A DNA stretch of 64,000 bases. Origin: Candidatus Geocrenenecus huangii. GTDB taxonomy: Archaea > Thermoproteota > Nitrososphaeria_A > Caldarchaeales > Wolframiiraptoraceae. The notes beneath the pieces were generated by a model. That model worked only from the letters and a program-made list of their open reading frames with translations, did not search any database and was not told the DNA's origin. The DNA lies in the NCBI GenBank assembly GCA_023254095.1, contig JALNLM010000002.1:64001-128000 (forward strand). Direction: 5' to 3'. A program made the translations under genes and the position numbers. Positions 8,933-18,336 of this stretch are shown here, piece after piece; within the stretch, counting starts at the first letter, position 1; the number at the start of each line of letters is the position of its first letter.

Positions 8933-9619
8933 TTAAAGTAGGGTTTGGGCTGCTGCTAAAGCACCATACTTTGCTTCTCTGTAATCATCTGCGCCTGTTA
9001 TTATTATCGTATCACCTTCTTTAGGTTTAATATTTTTGATGACTTCTGCTGCAAATTCCGGCTTCTCTCTGGAGAGTATGCTAACACCCGGCATATGGAG
9101 CTCATCGCCTAAGTATGTCATTACTAAAGCTGCTTGGGCGCCTGCTCTAATTGCTGCATCTCTTTGTTCGAGACCCCTCTTTAGTAAGTGTGAGCGTCCC
9201 CTGAGTACTACAGCATAGTTATACTTGTGATCCCATGGCATTCTTATATTAACTAGACCTATATCCACAAGCTTACCACTCACTTCATTGTATATCTTTA
9301 TTCCTTTACTCGTTAAGACACATCCTTCACTAGTTACATCTACTATTCCAGCCTTAACTAGTCTTTTAAGCATGCTTCTAATCGCTCCCTCGCCAATCTT
9401 GAGACTCGAGCTTAATTTCTTCCTGCCTACTGGTGCTTCTCTACCCAAGTATAAGAGTAGCTCGAGAAGGTGTATAGGAGTAAATGAAGGTGTAGGTCCA
9501 GGCTGCTCCTCGACAAGCTTTTCCAACAAATGCTTAACATTAATTGTTCTCAACATACCCGATCTATCTTCTTCAGCTTTATATTTTTTTCCCGCAATCA
9601 TTAGACTCAACCTATTCAT
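8933..9619 (-). CDS. wHTH protein, DUF4443-like
   Basis: 'GRKKLSSSLKIGEGAIRSML' HTH plus 'GLEQRDAAIRAGA'. Confidence 0.7.
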   Translation of the reverse strand: MNRLSLMIAGKKYKAEEDRSGMLRTINVKHLLEKLVEEQPGPTPSFTPIHLLELLLYLGREAPVGRKKLSSSLKIGEGAIRSMLKRLVKAGIVDVTSEGCVLTSKGIKIYNEVSGKLVDIGLVNIRMPWDHKYNYAVVLRGRSHLLKRGLEQRDAAIRAGAQAALVMTYLGDELHMPGVSILSREKPEFAAEVIKNIKPKEGDTIIITGADDYREAKYGALAAAQTLL

Positions 9620-9696
9620 TTCATGTTATCTCTTCTCCTCGATTTTTATCTTGCATATTATCCTTCTTGCTGACTTGAGTAGAAGACGAGCTCTCA

Positions 9697-10608
9697 TTAA
9701 TGAGGAAAAAGTAAGTGTTGTATGAATTTTTTGTTGAATGGCCTGATATCTTCTAGTCTTTGACCAATGCCAACGAATAGTAATGGTTTTCCAGTAACAT
9801 AGCTTATGGAGAGGGCCGCTCCTCCTTTTGCATCCGCGTCAAGTTTAGCGAGTACTACGAAGTCTATCCCGACATATTGATTGAATTTCTTAGCCTGCTC
9901 TATTGCGACATTACCCATCAATGCATCGCCGACATATATGACGAGGTCAGGCTTGGTAACCCTCTTAATCTTCTTCATTTCTTCGAGTAGGTTTATATCC
10001 ACCTCCGTCCTCCCAGCCGTATCTATCAAAACTAGAGGTACCTTATCTGAGCGAGCACTCATTACGGCATCCAAAGCTACTGCAGCCGGGTCTGCTCCAT
10101 ACTTCTGACTGATAACCTTAGCCCTTATAGTTTCTCCCAGCTTCTTAATCTGCTCTATCGCTCCAGCTCTAAAGGTATCTGAAGCAGCTATAACGGAACT
10201 GTAGCCTCTGTCTTTAAAATATTTTGCAATCTTTGCTACTGTAGTCGTCTTTCCTCCTCCATTTGGACCAACAAATAGTATAACTAGCGGCTCGCCCCGG
10301 CTCTTTTTCTCTTCTATCATCGCTATAATCTTTTCAACAAATCCTTCGGGAGGTAGAACTTCGTCAATCATCTTGTAGACGATTTCTCTAACCTGGTCAT
10401 ATGGGTCGGTAAACCTCTTAAACCTCAACTGAGATAACTCTACTCTAAGTTTTTCAGATAGCTTTTCTACTACTTCGACTGCTACGTCGCACGAAATTAG
10501 CTCTAGTCTAAATTCATCAACGTATTTCTCAATATCTTTCTCAGATAAGCTGGTTGTCTTCGCTCTTTCAACGATTTGTGTAAAAGCCTTTTTTAAACTC
10601 TCAAACAT
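9697..10608 (-). CDS. ftsY: SRP receptor FtsY
   Basis: GPNGGGKTTT, DTFRAGA, DTAGR, KLDADAKGG. Confidence 0.97.
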   Translation of the reverse strand: MFESLKKAFTQIVERAKTTSLSEKDIEKYVDEFRLELISCDVAVEVVEKLSEKLRVELSQLRFKRFTDPYDQVREIVYKMIDEVLPPEGFVEKIIAMIEEKKSRGEPLVILFVGPNGGGKTTTVAKIAKYFKDRGYSSVIAASDTFRAGAIEQIKKLGETIRAKVISQKYGADPAAVALDAVMSARSDKVPLVLIDTAGRTEVDINLLEEMKKIKRVTKPDLVIYVGDALMGNVAIEQAKKFNQYVGIDFVVLAKLDADAKGGAALSISYVTGKPLLFVGIGQRLEDIRPFNKKFIQHLLFPH

Positions 10609-10756
10609 CTATATTATCATGGAAACCTTACACTATAACTTTTAACTTTAATCCGAGGTCCTTACTTTGACTTTCACCGCATAAATCTGCAATCAGACAG
10701 ATACGATTGTTAAATGTCTTCCCGTTAGATAACTATCCCTAGGAATCTATGTTTTG

Positions 10757-11452
10757 TCATATCTTCTTCGCTTCGTTTTCTAAAGACTCAACCATGGTCT
10801 TAGCTACCAAGAGGAGGTCTCTAGCATTTAAGTAGAATTTTACAGAACTGTTAAAAGATATATTTGCAGCTGGTTGGGAAAACTCTTCTCTAATTTTCCA
10901 TAGTTGCGTCAATAGCTGAACCTTAGGTAGGAAATAGAAAGAGTAGCTTATTCCACCAAGTTTTTCTTTCTTTCCCCCCATCCTCCTACATACTAACTCG
11001 TATTTTTCGGGGTTACTACCGAAGGTTTTTATAAATGGTCTCGTAACATTTCTCCTAAATAATTCTAGATATTTTCTCGAATCCGGGAGATTCTCATAGG
11101 GTATCCAAGTTTCAGAACCTCTACCCCCACTCGAATAAGCTAGATATCTTAAAATAACTAGTGCTAATTCTTTAGAAGCAGGTTTACCGGAAATTAGATC
11201 CATGACTTCTCTAGTCTCCAATTCCACAGAATAAGTTTTGTTCAAAACATTTACAACATATCTTTTGTAGCTTTTCTTACCGGACCCTCTAAGAAATACT
11301 ACTCCGCATTTTTTGCTTAATTCTTCACCTTCACATTTAGATAAATCATTGAAAGCAGTTGAAATTTCCTCGTCGATCGATTTATTGTAGATTTTCTTCA
11401 TATCCAAGTCAATGACACCTGCCGCTGAACGATCTAGAGTATTAAGTGTCAA
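10757..11452 (-). CDS. DUF3786-like protein (start may be ATG at 11401)
   Basis: 'LVILRYL..WIPYENLP..F..FLPKV...LW..EEF...ANISF' pattern. Confidence 0.65.
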   Translation of the reverse strand: MTLNTLDRSAAGVIDLDMKKIYNKSIDEEISTAFNDLSKCEGEELSKKCGVVFLRGSGKKSYKRYVVNVLNKTYSVELETREVMDLISGKPASKELALVILRYLAYSSGGRGSETWIPYENLPDSRKYLELFRRNVTRPFIKTFGSNPEKYELVCRRMGGKKEKLGGISYSFYFLPKVQLLTQLWKIREEFSQPAANISFNSSVKFYLNARDLLLVAKTMVESLENEAKKI

Positions 11453-11545
11453 TTATGGTTTTTAACTCTTTCTTATATTGACTTTTAAGCTTGCATTAAA
11501 AGAATTTAGGATTATTAATTACGTAATGGAAAGTTACTGTCAGGT

Positions 11546-12391
11546 ATGTGGGCCAGATATGCGGATTTTAAACAAACATTATTTGAGTTAATTACGATTG
11601 GCTATGAAATACTCGACGGCAGAATTCTCAATACAAATTCTAAATGGCTAGCTGAAAATATAACGGCTATGGGTGGAAAAGTAACTAGAATGGTGACGGT
11701 TGGGGACTCTATAAAGGATATAAGCTCATCTATAAGAGAAGCACTTAAAAGAAAAGTTGATTGGATTATAACTTCTGGGGGTCTTGGACCCACGTATGAC
11801 GATCTTACCCTTCAGGGAGTTGCCAAGGCTATAAACAGAAGACTAGTCTTGAATAAAACTGCTTACGAGATGCTTAAGGAAAGATACAGGATGCTTGCAG
11901 AAAAAGGAGTAGTAGAATCCCCTGAGCTTACTCCCGCTAGGCTTAAAATGGCTATGCTTCCAAGAGGAGCTAAGCCTCTACGGAATAGAGTTGGCTCAGC
12001 TCCGGGAGTCTTACTAAAGTATGGAAAAACGTGGGTAGCCTGTCTTCCAGGTGTCCCATCAGAACTATATAGTATATTCGATGAAGAATTGAAACCTCTT
12101 CTATTGAAGACTATTAGAAAAGTATTCAGAATAGATAAAACCCTTAACATAAGAAAGGTTGCAGAATCGAGTCTCGCCCCCAAGATTGAGCAAATAATTA
12201 GAAAATACCATGGAGTGTATGTAAAAACACATCCTAAGACTATTGAGGGCGGAATATCTAGGATAGAGATACAGATCTCCGTTATGTCAAATAAAGAAGA
12301 GCACGCAATCGAGAAAGCGGACTACGTAGAGAAGATCATCAAAGACATAGTAGTAGACATGGGGGGAGAACTGGAGGCCACTGAACATTAA
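11546..12391 (+). CDS. CinA N-terminal/molybdopterin-binding domain protein
   Basis: 'IGYEILDGRILNTN', 'SGGLGPTYDD', 'LPGVPSE'. Confidence 0.85.
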   Translation: MWARYADFKQTLFELITIGYEILDGRILNTNSKWLAENITAMGGKVTRMVTVGDSIKDISSSIREALKRKVDWIITSGGLGPTYDDLTLQGVAKAINRRLVLNKTAYEMLKERYRMLAEKGVVESPELTPARLKMAMLPRGAKPLRNRVGSAPGVLLKYGKTWVACLPGVPSELYSIFDEELKPLLLKTIRKVFRIDKTLNIRKVAESSLAPKIEQIIRKYHGVYVKTHPKTIEGGISRIEIQISVMSNKEEHAIEKADYVEKIIKDIVVDMGGELEATEH

Positions 12392-12424
12392 AAAATCCGA
12401 ATATACTTGGAAAATGGGGGCATC

Positions 12425-12781
12425 ATGTTTAGGTTTAAGCAAGCTGTCGTCGTTAGAAGCGACTTAAAGATGAGTATTGGCAAGACAGCTGTTCAAGTAG
12501 CTCATGCGTCAGTATCTTCCGCTGAAGAATGTAGAAGAATGAATGTTGAATGGTATAATCAATGGCTTATTGAAGGGCAAAAGAAAATAGTCCTGAAAGT
12601 TCAAAATCTTGACGAACTACTAAAACTCTATGATAGAGCTAGATCGATGAAACTTCCAGTAGCTTTAATCGAAGATGCGGGATTAACGGAACTAGAACCC
12701 GGCACGATTACTGCTATCGGCATAGGTCCCGCACCTTCAGAACAAGTCGACAAGATTACTGGAGACCTCTCGTTACTCTAA
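12425..12781 (+). CDS. pth2: Peptidyl-tRNA hydrolase Pth2
   Basis: 'VRSDLKMSIGK..QVAHA', 'DAGLTE..PGT..IGIGP'. Confidence 0.96.
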   Translation: MFRFKQAVVVRSDLKMSIGKTAVQVAHASVSSAEECRRMNVEWYNQWLIEGQKKIVLKVQNLDELLKLYDRARSMKLPVALIEDAGLTELEPGTITAIGIGPAPSEQVDKITGDLSLL

Positions 12782-12805
12782 TTTGTTCAGGGATCAAAAA
12801 TTGTT

Positions 12806-14224
12806 ATGCTTATATTATTGATGAATGATATAGTGGCGTTCATGATCTATTACAAGCCTGTTCTATCATCTCTAAGAATAGAAGATATTGAAAGATTCAT
12901 TGGAATAACGAGTTACGTTACTGGACATGAAGGAATAGGCGGAGTAATAAAGATGAGATCTGAAGACTTCTTGGTCTGGGAGGTTCTCGAGACAGGTTTA
13001 GATGCGAAAAAATTATTCGAATCGTCTTCATTTGTAGGAGATTTCGGCAACTATATTTTATGCGTCTTGAAGAAGGTTGGAGTTGACTCTATTAGAGCGG
13101 TAAGCCTGCTCGCCTCAAGACTATCCATAAGAAGTAAGGAGATAGGGATATGCGGTATCAAAGACAAGATGAGCGTTAGCTGGCAATTCATAACTATTCC
13201 ATCTTCCATAACAGAAAAAATACTAGAAGATGGAAAGACAATATCGGTGGGTAATCTAATAGAAGTCAAACCTATTAGATGGTTTCAACATAGATTATCC
13301 TCTAGACTACTCAGAAATAATGTATTCAGGGTGAGAATCAGAAATCCGAAAACTACTGATGTACAAAAGGTCGAAGAAATAATTAAAGAATTGAGGGGTA
13401 AGGGGGTTCCTAACTATTTTGGGCATCAACGCTTTGGAATAACGAGGCCTATTACACCGGTTGTTGGAAGATTGATCTTAAAGAGGAGACTCGGAGAAGC
13501 TGTAGCTGCTTTCCTCTCAGATTATTCGAACCTTGAAAATGAGAAAAATAGATTGGTCAGGAAAGAATTAGGAGAAGGATGGGATCTAGGACGGGCTATA
13601 GAGATTTTTCCGAAAAGCCTAGTTTATGAAAGAAGGATGATAGAGTCTCTTATAAAAAATCCCGGAGACTATGTTAAATGTTTAAGGACTCTTCCATTAA
13701 GGCTTAGGAGGCTGATCGTCGAATCCGTGGGGGCCAGGATATTCAATCTAGCTCTCTCAGAGATAATCGAAGAAGATAGATTAAACGAGATAGAAGTTGG
13801 AGATATCGTTCTACCTGTAGATTCGAGCGGCCGAGCCGATAAAAATAGGCCAATAACTGTGACAAGTAGAAATATCAAACAGGTCGAGAAGCTTGTCAAA
13901 GATGAGAAGATGGTGAACGCGTTACCTATACTTGGATATCTTTCCCCGATACCTAGAAGTTCAAAGGGAGAGATAATTCTTGAGATTATGGAGAAGGAAG
14001 AAATAGATCTAAAAGACTTCATGATCGTTGATATGCCTGAAGCTTCTACAAAAGGGTCTCTACGACCAGTAATAATCACGAAATGGTCATGCTCGGTGCT
14101 CTCCGTAGATGATGAATCCTTTACTCTTGAATTCTCCCTTCCTCCAGGCTCATATGCGACAATCTTGTTAAGAGAGATAATGAAGTCTGAAAACCCATTA
14201 TCATATATAGGTAGGCATTCTTGA
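12806..14224 (+). CDS. truD: tRNA pseudouridine(13) synthase TruD
   Basis: 'EDFLVWE', 'GIKDK', 'PNYFGHQRFG', 'LPPGSYATILLRE'. Confidence 0.95.
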   Translation: MLILLMNDIVAFMIYYKPVLSSLRIEDIERFIGITSYVTGHEGIGGVIKMRSEDFLVWEVLETGLDAKKLFESSSFVGDFGNYILCVLKKVGVDSIRAVSLLASRLSIRSKEIGICGIKDKMSVSWQFITIPSSITEKILEDGKTISVGNLIEVKPIRWFQHRLSSRLLRNNVFRVRIRNPKTTDVQKVEEIIKELRGKGVPNYFGHQRFGITRPITPVVGRLILKRRLGEAVAAFLSDYSNLENEKNRLVRKELGEGWDLGRAIEIFPKSLVYERRMIESLIKNPGDYVKCLRTLPLRLRRLIVESVGARIFNLALSEIIEEDRLNEIEVGDIVLPVDSSGRADKNRPITVTSRNIKQVEKLVKDEKMVNALPILGYLSPIPRSSKGEIILEIMEKEEIDLKDFMIVDMPEASTKGSLRPVIITKWSCSVLSVDDESFTLEFSLPPGSYATILLREIMKSENPLSYIGRHS

Positions 14225-14411
14225 TATCGCTATCTAAAAAGACTTTGGCTTAATACGTCCCCAGAATGAGAATCTTTAACGATATAAAGCATAGTGAATT
14301 TCATCTAGAGTCATGTGGGTACTTCAACTATTACCTCTTCTTTAGACATGGGTGCGAAGTAAAGTATTGTTTATATTCTCTTCAACTTCAGGTATTCTCA
14401 AGGTCTGGGGA

Positions 14412-15047
14412 ATGTATGTAGCTAGAAGTGAGAACTCTTATCTTACATGGTTTATCATACTAACGAATATTGCCGTCTTTATCTTGGTAAGAATTAATCC
14501 AAGGATTATATTGGAATATGCAACTATACCTATCCTTACTGTTACTTTTACCCAGCCCTACAGATTGCTAACCTCAATGTTTATCCATTATGATGTCTTC
14601 CACCTCTTCTTCAATATGTTTGCACTCTTCATATTTGGTCCAGATATTGAGAAAGTTCTCGGGAAGCCACGTTATCTCTTGTTATATTTTTTAAGCGGGT
14701 TTATGGCGGCTATCGTTCATGCATACTATATCTTTATCTTCTTTCCAGTTAGAGAATTACTTGCTACTCCTGCAATTGGTGCTTCAGGAGCTATATACGG
14801 CGTGATGGCTGCTTTTGGAATACTGTTTCCTTTGAGGAGGCTTGTAGTTTTCTTCGGGTTCCCGATAATGGCTCCGGCAATAATCGTAATCATAGTACTT
14901 GCTCTAATACAGACCTTGTATGCTTTCGTTGCCCCGTATTCTCAAGTCGCATATGCAGCGCATGTTGGGGGGTTCATAACAGGGCTATTAATCACCTTCA
15001 TCTACAAACCTGGATTGAAGAGATTCATACCGTACCGTTATTTCTAA
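14412..15047 (+). CDS. Rhomboid intramembrane serine protease
   Basis: 'HLFFNM', 'GASGA', 'AHVGG'. Confidence 0.92.
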   Translation: MYVARSENSYLTWFIILTNIAVFILVRINPRIILEYATIPILTVTFTQPYRLLTSMFIHYDVFHLFFNMFALFIFGPDIEKVLGKPRYLLLYFLSGFMAAIVHAYYIFIFFPVRELLATPAIGASGAIYGVMAAFGILFPLRRLVVFFGFPIMAPAIIVIIVLALIQTLYAFVAPYSQVAYAAHVGGFITGLLITFIYKPGLKRFIPYRYF

Positions 15048-15142
15048 AAACAAGCATGTCCTCTCCAGGTTCTATGCAATGCATATTTAAATAGACCTTC
15101 ATACTAGATGAAGCTGAACTATACAATAGGATAGTAGAGGTT

Positions 15143-15808
15143 ATGTGGATGGCTCTTGATCAATTCAATCTTCTTAGAAAGATTCCGAGAAAAACAGGAA
15201 TTTTCGGTTATACTTTAGCATGCTCGAAAAACATCATCGAATCGATAGTTGAAGAAGTTGTTCCTGAAGAAGAAAGAGAAGAAGCAATCAGAGAATACGG
15301 GTTGGGTAGGCCTTTAAAGATCATCAAGGAAGGAGAAACTAACTACATTCTACAAGTAATCAAGAATAATTCATTGATTAGATACCTCGTTAATTGGGGT
15401 AGGATGGCTTCTTTATGGCCAGCACACTTAACGACTGCTTGCTGCAGTGTAGAGTTTGGAGCAGTTTCCAGTTCTAGATATGACCCTGAGAGATTTGGAT
15501 GGATACCCGCAACGGGAAGTCTAAGACAGTCAGACGTATTACTGATAGAAGGAACAGTAAATACTAAGATGGCTCAGAGAGTTAGGATTATCTATGACCA
15601 GATGCCAAACCCGAAATGGGTGATTGCCATGGGTGCCTGCGCCATATCTGGAGGGCTCTATGCTAAGGACTCCTACAATGTTCTACAAGGACTCAATGAC
15701 GTAGTTCCAGTAGATGTATATGTTCCAGGATGTCCTCCTAGGCCTGAGACACTATTTCAAGGATTCCTACTCTTAAGAGATAAGATACTCAAATCAAGGT
15801 TGGAATGA
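15143..15808 (+). CDS. nuoB: Complex I-like subunit NuoB
   Basis: 'TACCSVE', 'MGACAISGG', 'PGCPPRPE'. Confidence 0.93.
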   Translation: MWMALDQFNLLRKIPRKTGIFGYTLACSKNIIESIVEEVVPEEEREEAIREYGLGRPLKIIKEGETNYILQVIKNNSLIRYLVNWGRMASLWPAHLTTACCSVEFGAVSSSRYDPERFGWIPATGSLRQSDVLLIEGTVNTKMAQRVRIIYDQMPNPKWVIAMGACAISGGLYAKDSYNVLQGLNDVVPVDVYVPGCPPRPETLFQGFLLLRDKILKSRLE

Positions 15809-15809
15809 T

Positions 15810-16304
15810 ATGACGTGGGAGAAACTCAGGAAGATATTGGACGATGTGAAAGAAGCGTTTGGAGAAGATATAGAAGGAGAGGTGTTCTTGGAGAAGAAGA
15901 TAGCTAAGGTTATAGTGAAGAAAGAAGCTTTAGTAGAAGTTGCGAGATATCTTAAAGATAGGCATGGATTTGACCACGTTAAGGGTGTTACGGGAGTAGA
16001 CTTATCAAGATTAAAAGAAGGTGGTGGACCATTCATCGAGGTAATATATCATCTGGGAAGCCTAGGAGACCAAGAACTAGCCGATAGCATACTTAATCTA
16101 TCTGTAAAACTAGATTTAGAGAAGCCCATGGTAAGTTCCCTATTCTCTATTTGGCCCAGCGTCGAGTATCATGAGAGAGAAGTATACGATATGCTGGGAG
16201 TAATCTTCGAGGGTCATCCAGACTTGAAAAGGATACTTCTTCCCGAATATTGGATGGATATACCGCCGCTTAGAAAAGAATACAAGATTCCTGGGAGAGA
16301 GTAG
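15810..16304 (+). CDS. nuoC: Complex I-like subunit NuoC
   Basis: 'HEREVYDMLGVIFEGHPDLKRILL..PLRKEY'. Confidence 0.93.
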   Translation: MTWEKLRKILDDVKEAFGEDIEGEVFLEKKIAKVIVKKEALVEVARYLKDRHGFDHVKGVTGVDLSRLKEGGGPFIEVIYHLGSLGDQELADSILNLSVKLDLEKPMVSSLFSIWPSVEYHEREVYDMLGVIFEGHPDLKRILLPEYWMDIPPLRKEYKIPGRE

Positions 16305-16306
16305 GT

Positions 16307-17527
16307 ATGGTGTTAGAGGAGAAAAAGAAGATAGAAGTATACGATATAGGTGGACCGAGGTTAACTTTCAGTTACGGGCCACAGCATCCTGGTACAGGTC
16401 ATTTTAGAATGATAGTAACAGTTAGTGGAGATACTGTAGTAGACCTTGAGCCCGACCCAGGCTTTGTTCATAGAGGTGAAGAGAAGATGGCTGAATATAA
16501 GACTTGGATAACCAATATTCCACATTTAGAGAGACCGTCTATCCTTGATGCTGCGGGGATGGTGATACCCTACTGTTTGACGGTTGAGAAACTTATGGAG
16601 GTCGAGATACCTGAAAGAGCAAAATATCTTAGGACACTTATCGCTGAACTGGACCGTATTGCAAGCCATCTATACTGGTTCTCATTATACGGCATATTCC
16701 TCGGGCATTCAACAATGTTTCTATGGTGCGTAAACGATAGAGAGTTCATCCTAGACTTATCACAGCATATCACTGGTCAGAGATTCACGCACGCCTACTA
16801 TGTCCCTGGAGGAGTTAGGAATGACGCCCCCAGAAAAGTCTCAAAAGAACTCGTTAAAGAATTCAAACTATATTATTCAAGGATGCTAGGCAGAGAGCCT
16901 AGTGAAGATGAATTGAGCGAAGACTTTAAGAAGTATGTAGTAGCGGTAACACACTTCATGGATCTGAGACTGGACCATTATTATGAGATGTTCTTTAACA
17001 GTGAGATATTTATCGAGAGAGTAAGACGAGTAGGTGTACTAAAGAGGGAAGATGCGATTAGGCTAGGTGTTCCAGGAACAACTCTGAGAGCCTCGGGAGT
17101 AAAGTACGATACTAGAATAAATGACCCATACGATGCTTACCCACTCTTGAAATTCGAAATACCTGTAAGAACAGAAGGAGACTGTTATGCCAGGGCAATG
17201 ATTGGATTTCAAGAGATAAGAGAAAGTTTGAAGATAATAAGACAGTCGGTCGAACAGATGCCTGAGGGGCCATTCAAACTGAAACAACATCCGCTCATAA
17301 TAAGAGTACCTAAAGGTGAAGCATTGGGTAGAGCTGAGGCAGCTAGAGGAGAAATGATCTACTATATCGTAAGTGATGGTACAGACAGACCATACAGACT
17401 AAGGATGGTGACTCCTAGCTTTAGACTTCTACCAGCCTTAAGACATCTATCCTTGGGTGCCAGAATAGCAGACATACCACCAATATACTGGAGCTTAAAC
17501 TATTGGCCCGTAGAAGCAGACAGATAA
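16307..17527 (+). CDS. nuoD: Complex I-like subunit NuoD (no NiFe CxxC motifs)
   Basis: 'GPQHP', 'HRGEEK', 'ELDRIASH', 'EAARGE', C-terminal 'WPVEADR'. Confidence 0.93.
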   Translation: MVLEEKKKIEVYDIGGPRLTFSYGPQHPGTGHFRMIVTVSGDTVVDLEPDPGFVHRGEEKMAEYKTWITNIPHLERPSILDAAGMVIPYCLTVEKLMEVEIPERAKYLRTLIAELDRIASHLYWFSLYGIFLGHSTMFLWCVNDREFILDLSQHITGQRFTHAYYVPGGVRNDAPRKVSKELVKEFKLYYSRMLGREPSEDELSEDFKKYVVAVTHFMDLRLDHYYEMFFNSEIFIERVRRVGVLKREDAIRLGVPGTTLRASGVKYDTRINDPYDAYPLLKFEIPVRTEGDCYARAMIGFQEIRESLKIIRQSVEQMPEGPFKLKQHPLIIRVPKGEALGRAEAARGEMIYYIVSDGTDRPYRLRMVTPSFRLLPALRHLSLGARIADIPPIYWSLNYWPVEADR

Positions 17528-17702
17528 TATAGATAGCCTTCACAGAAAAAATATTTCTTTCACAGTAATTATTACTGGAGATGCCTAAAAGAATATGAGG
17601 AATAGAACAAAGGCACGCTCTTTAAATGAGTACGTGGAAACGTTCTCAAGGTTTAGAAAGAAACTGATTAATCAGATATCTCGTGTAGTATCGGATAAAG
17701 TA

Positions 17703-17826
17703 TAGCCCGGGCCGGATTCGAACCGGCGTCCCCGGGTATCCCCTCATAGCGGCCAATGATCCAAAGCCCGGGATCCATAACCCATACTCATCCGACCAGC
17801 ATGTTTGGCCGCTAGACGACCGGGCT
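17703..17826 (-). tRNA. tRNA-Gln(TTG) with two BHB introns (28 nt at 21/22, 17777-17804; 23 nt at 37/38, 17738-17760)
   Basis: Exons nearly identical to the 3632-3753 copy, anticodon TTG; 124-28-23 = 73 nt. Confidence 0.95.
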
Positions 17827-18002
17827 CTATCTATTATTAATCGCATGCCTGTTTTTGTAGTTTTTGGGTATAGTATATTAGCATGCTAAGATCATCTATT
17901 AGATATCTGGGCGTTCTCAGAAAATACTGTAAGGCCTTCTTTAGAGGGATTTCTCTCTTGTTACTATTGCTTAAATAGATCGAGATCTCTCTTTATTCAG
18001 GA

Positions 18003-18335
18003 ATGAGCGGTACTTCTATTTCTTCAGCAATCTCTACCCTGGAAGATTTTGAGAAAAAGATTGACGAGATACTTTCAAGAAGTGAAGATTTCAAGAAAAA
18101 GATCTTGGAGGTAGCTGAAGAAGAATCTAGGAGGATCCGGGAGAAGGTGATCTCGGAGGTTAGAGCCGAACTAGAGAACTTCTTGAAGAGTGTCGAGAGC
18201 GAAGTTCAGAGGGAAGCTGAACAGTTATTGAGGAAGGGAGATGAGGAAGCTAAGAAGATCAAGGAAAGATTCCATGAGAGATTCGATGAAATAGTGAATC
18301 ATGTCTTGAATTTGGTACTTGAAGGAGAGAAATAA
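18003..18335 (+). CDS. A/V-type ATP synthase peripheral stalk subunit H(G)
   Basis: 110-aa Glu/Lys-rich coiled coil directly upstream of subunit C. Confidence 0.7.
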   Translation: MSGTSISSAISTLEDFEKKIDEILSRSEDFKKKILEVAEEESRRIREKVISEVRAELENFLKSVESEVQREAEQLLRKGDEEAKKIKERFHERFDEIVNHVLNLVLEGEK

Positions 18336-18336
18336 T

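Noticed and set aside
15143-17527. Group 4 NiFe hydrogenase interpretation
   Set aside because: The large subunit lacks both CxxC motifs, and NuoB has the tandem CC of complex I
3632-17826. ~120-bp dispersed repeat as a possible mobile element
   Set aside because: Fully explained by two tRNA-Gln isoacceptor genes
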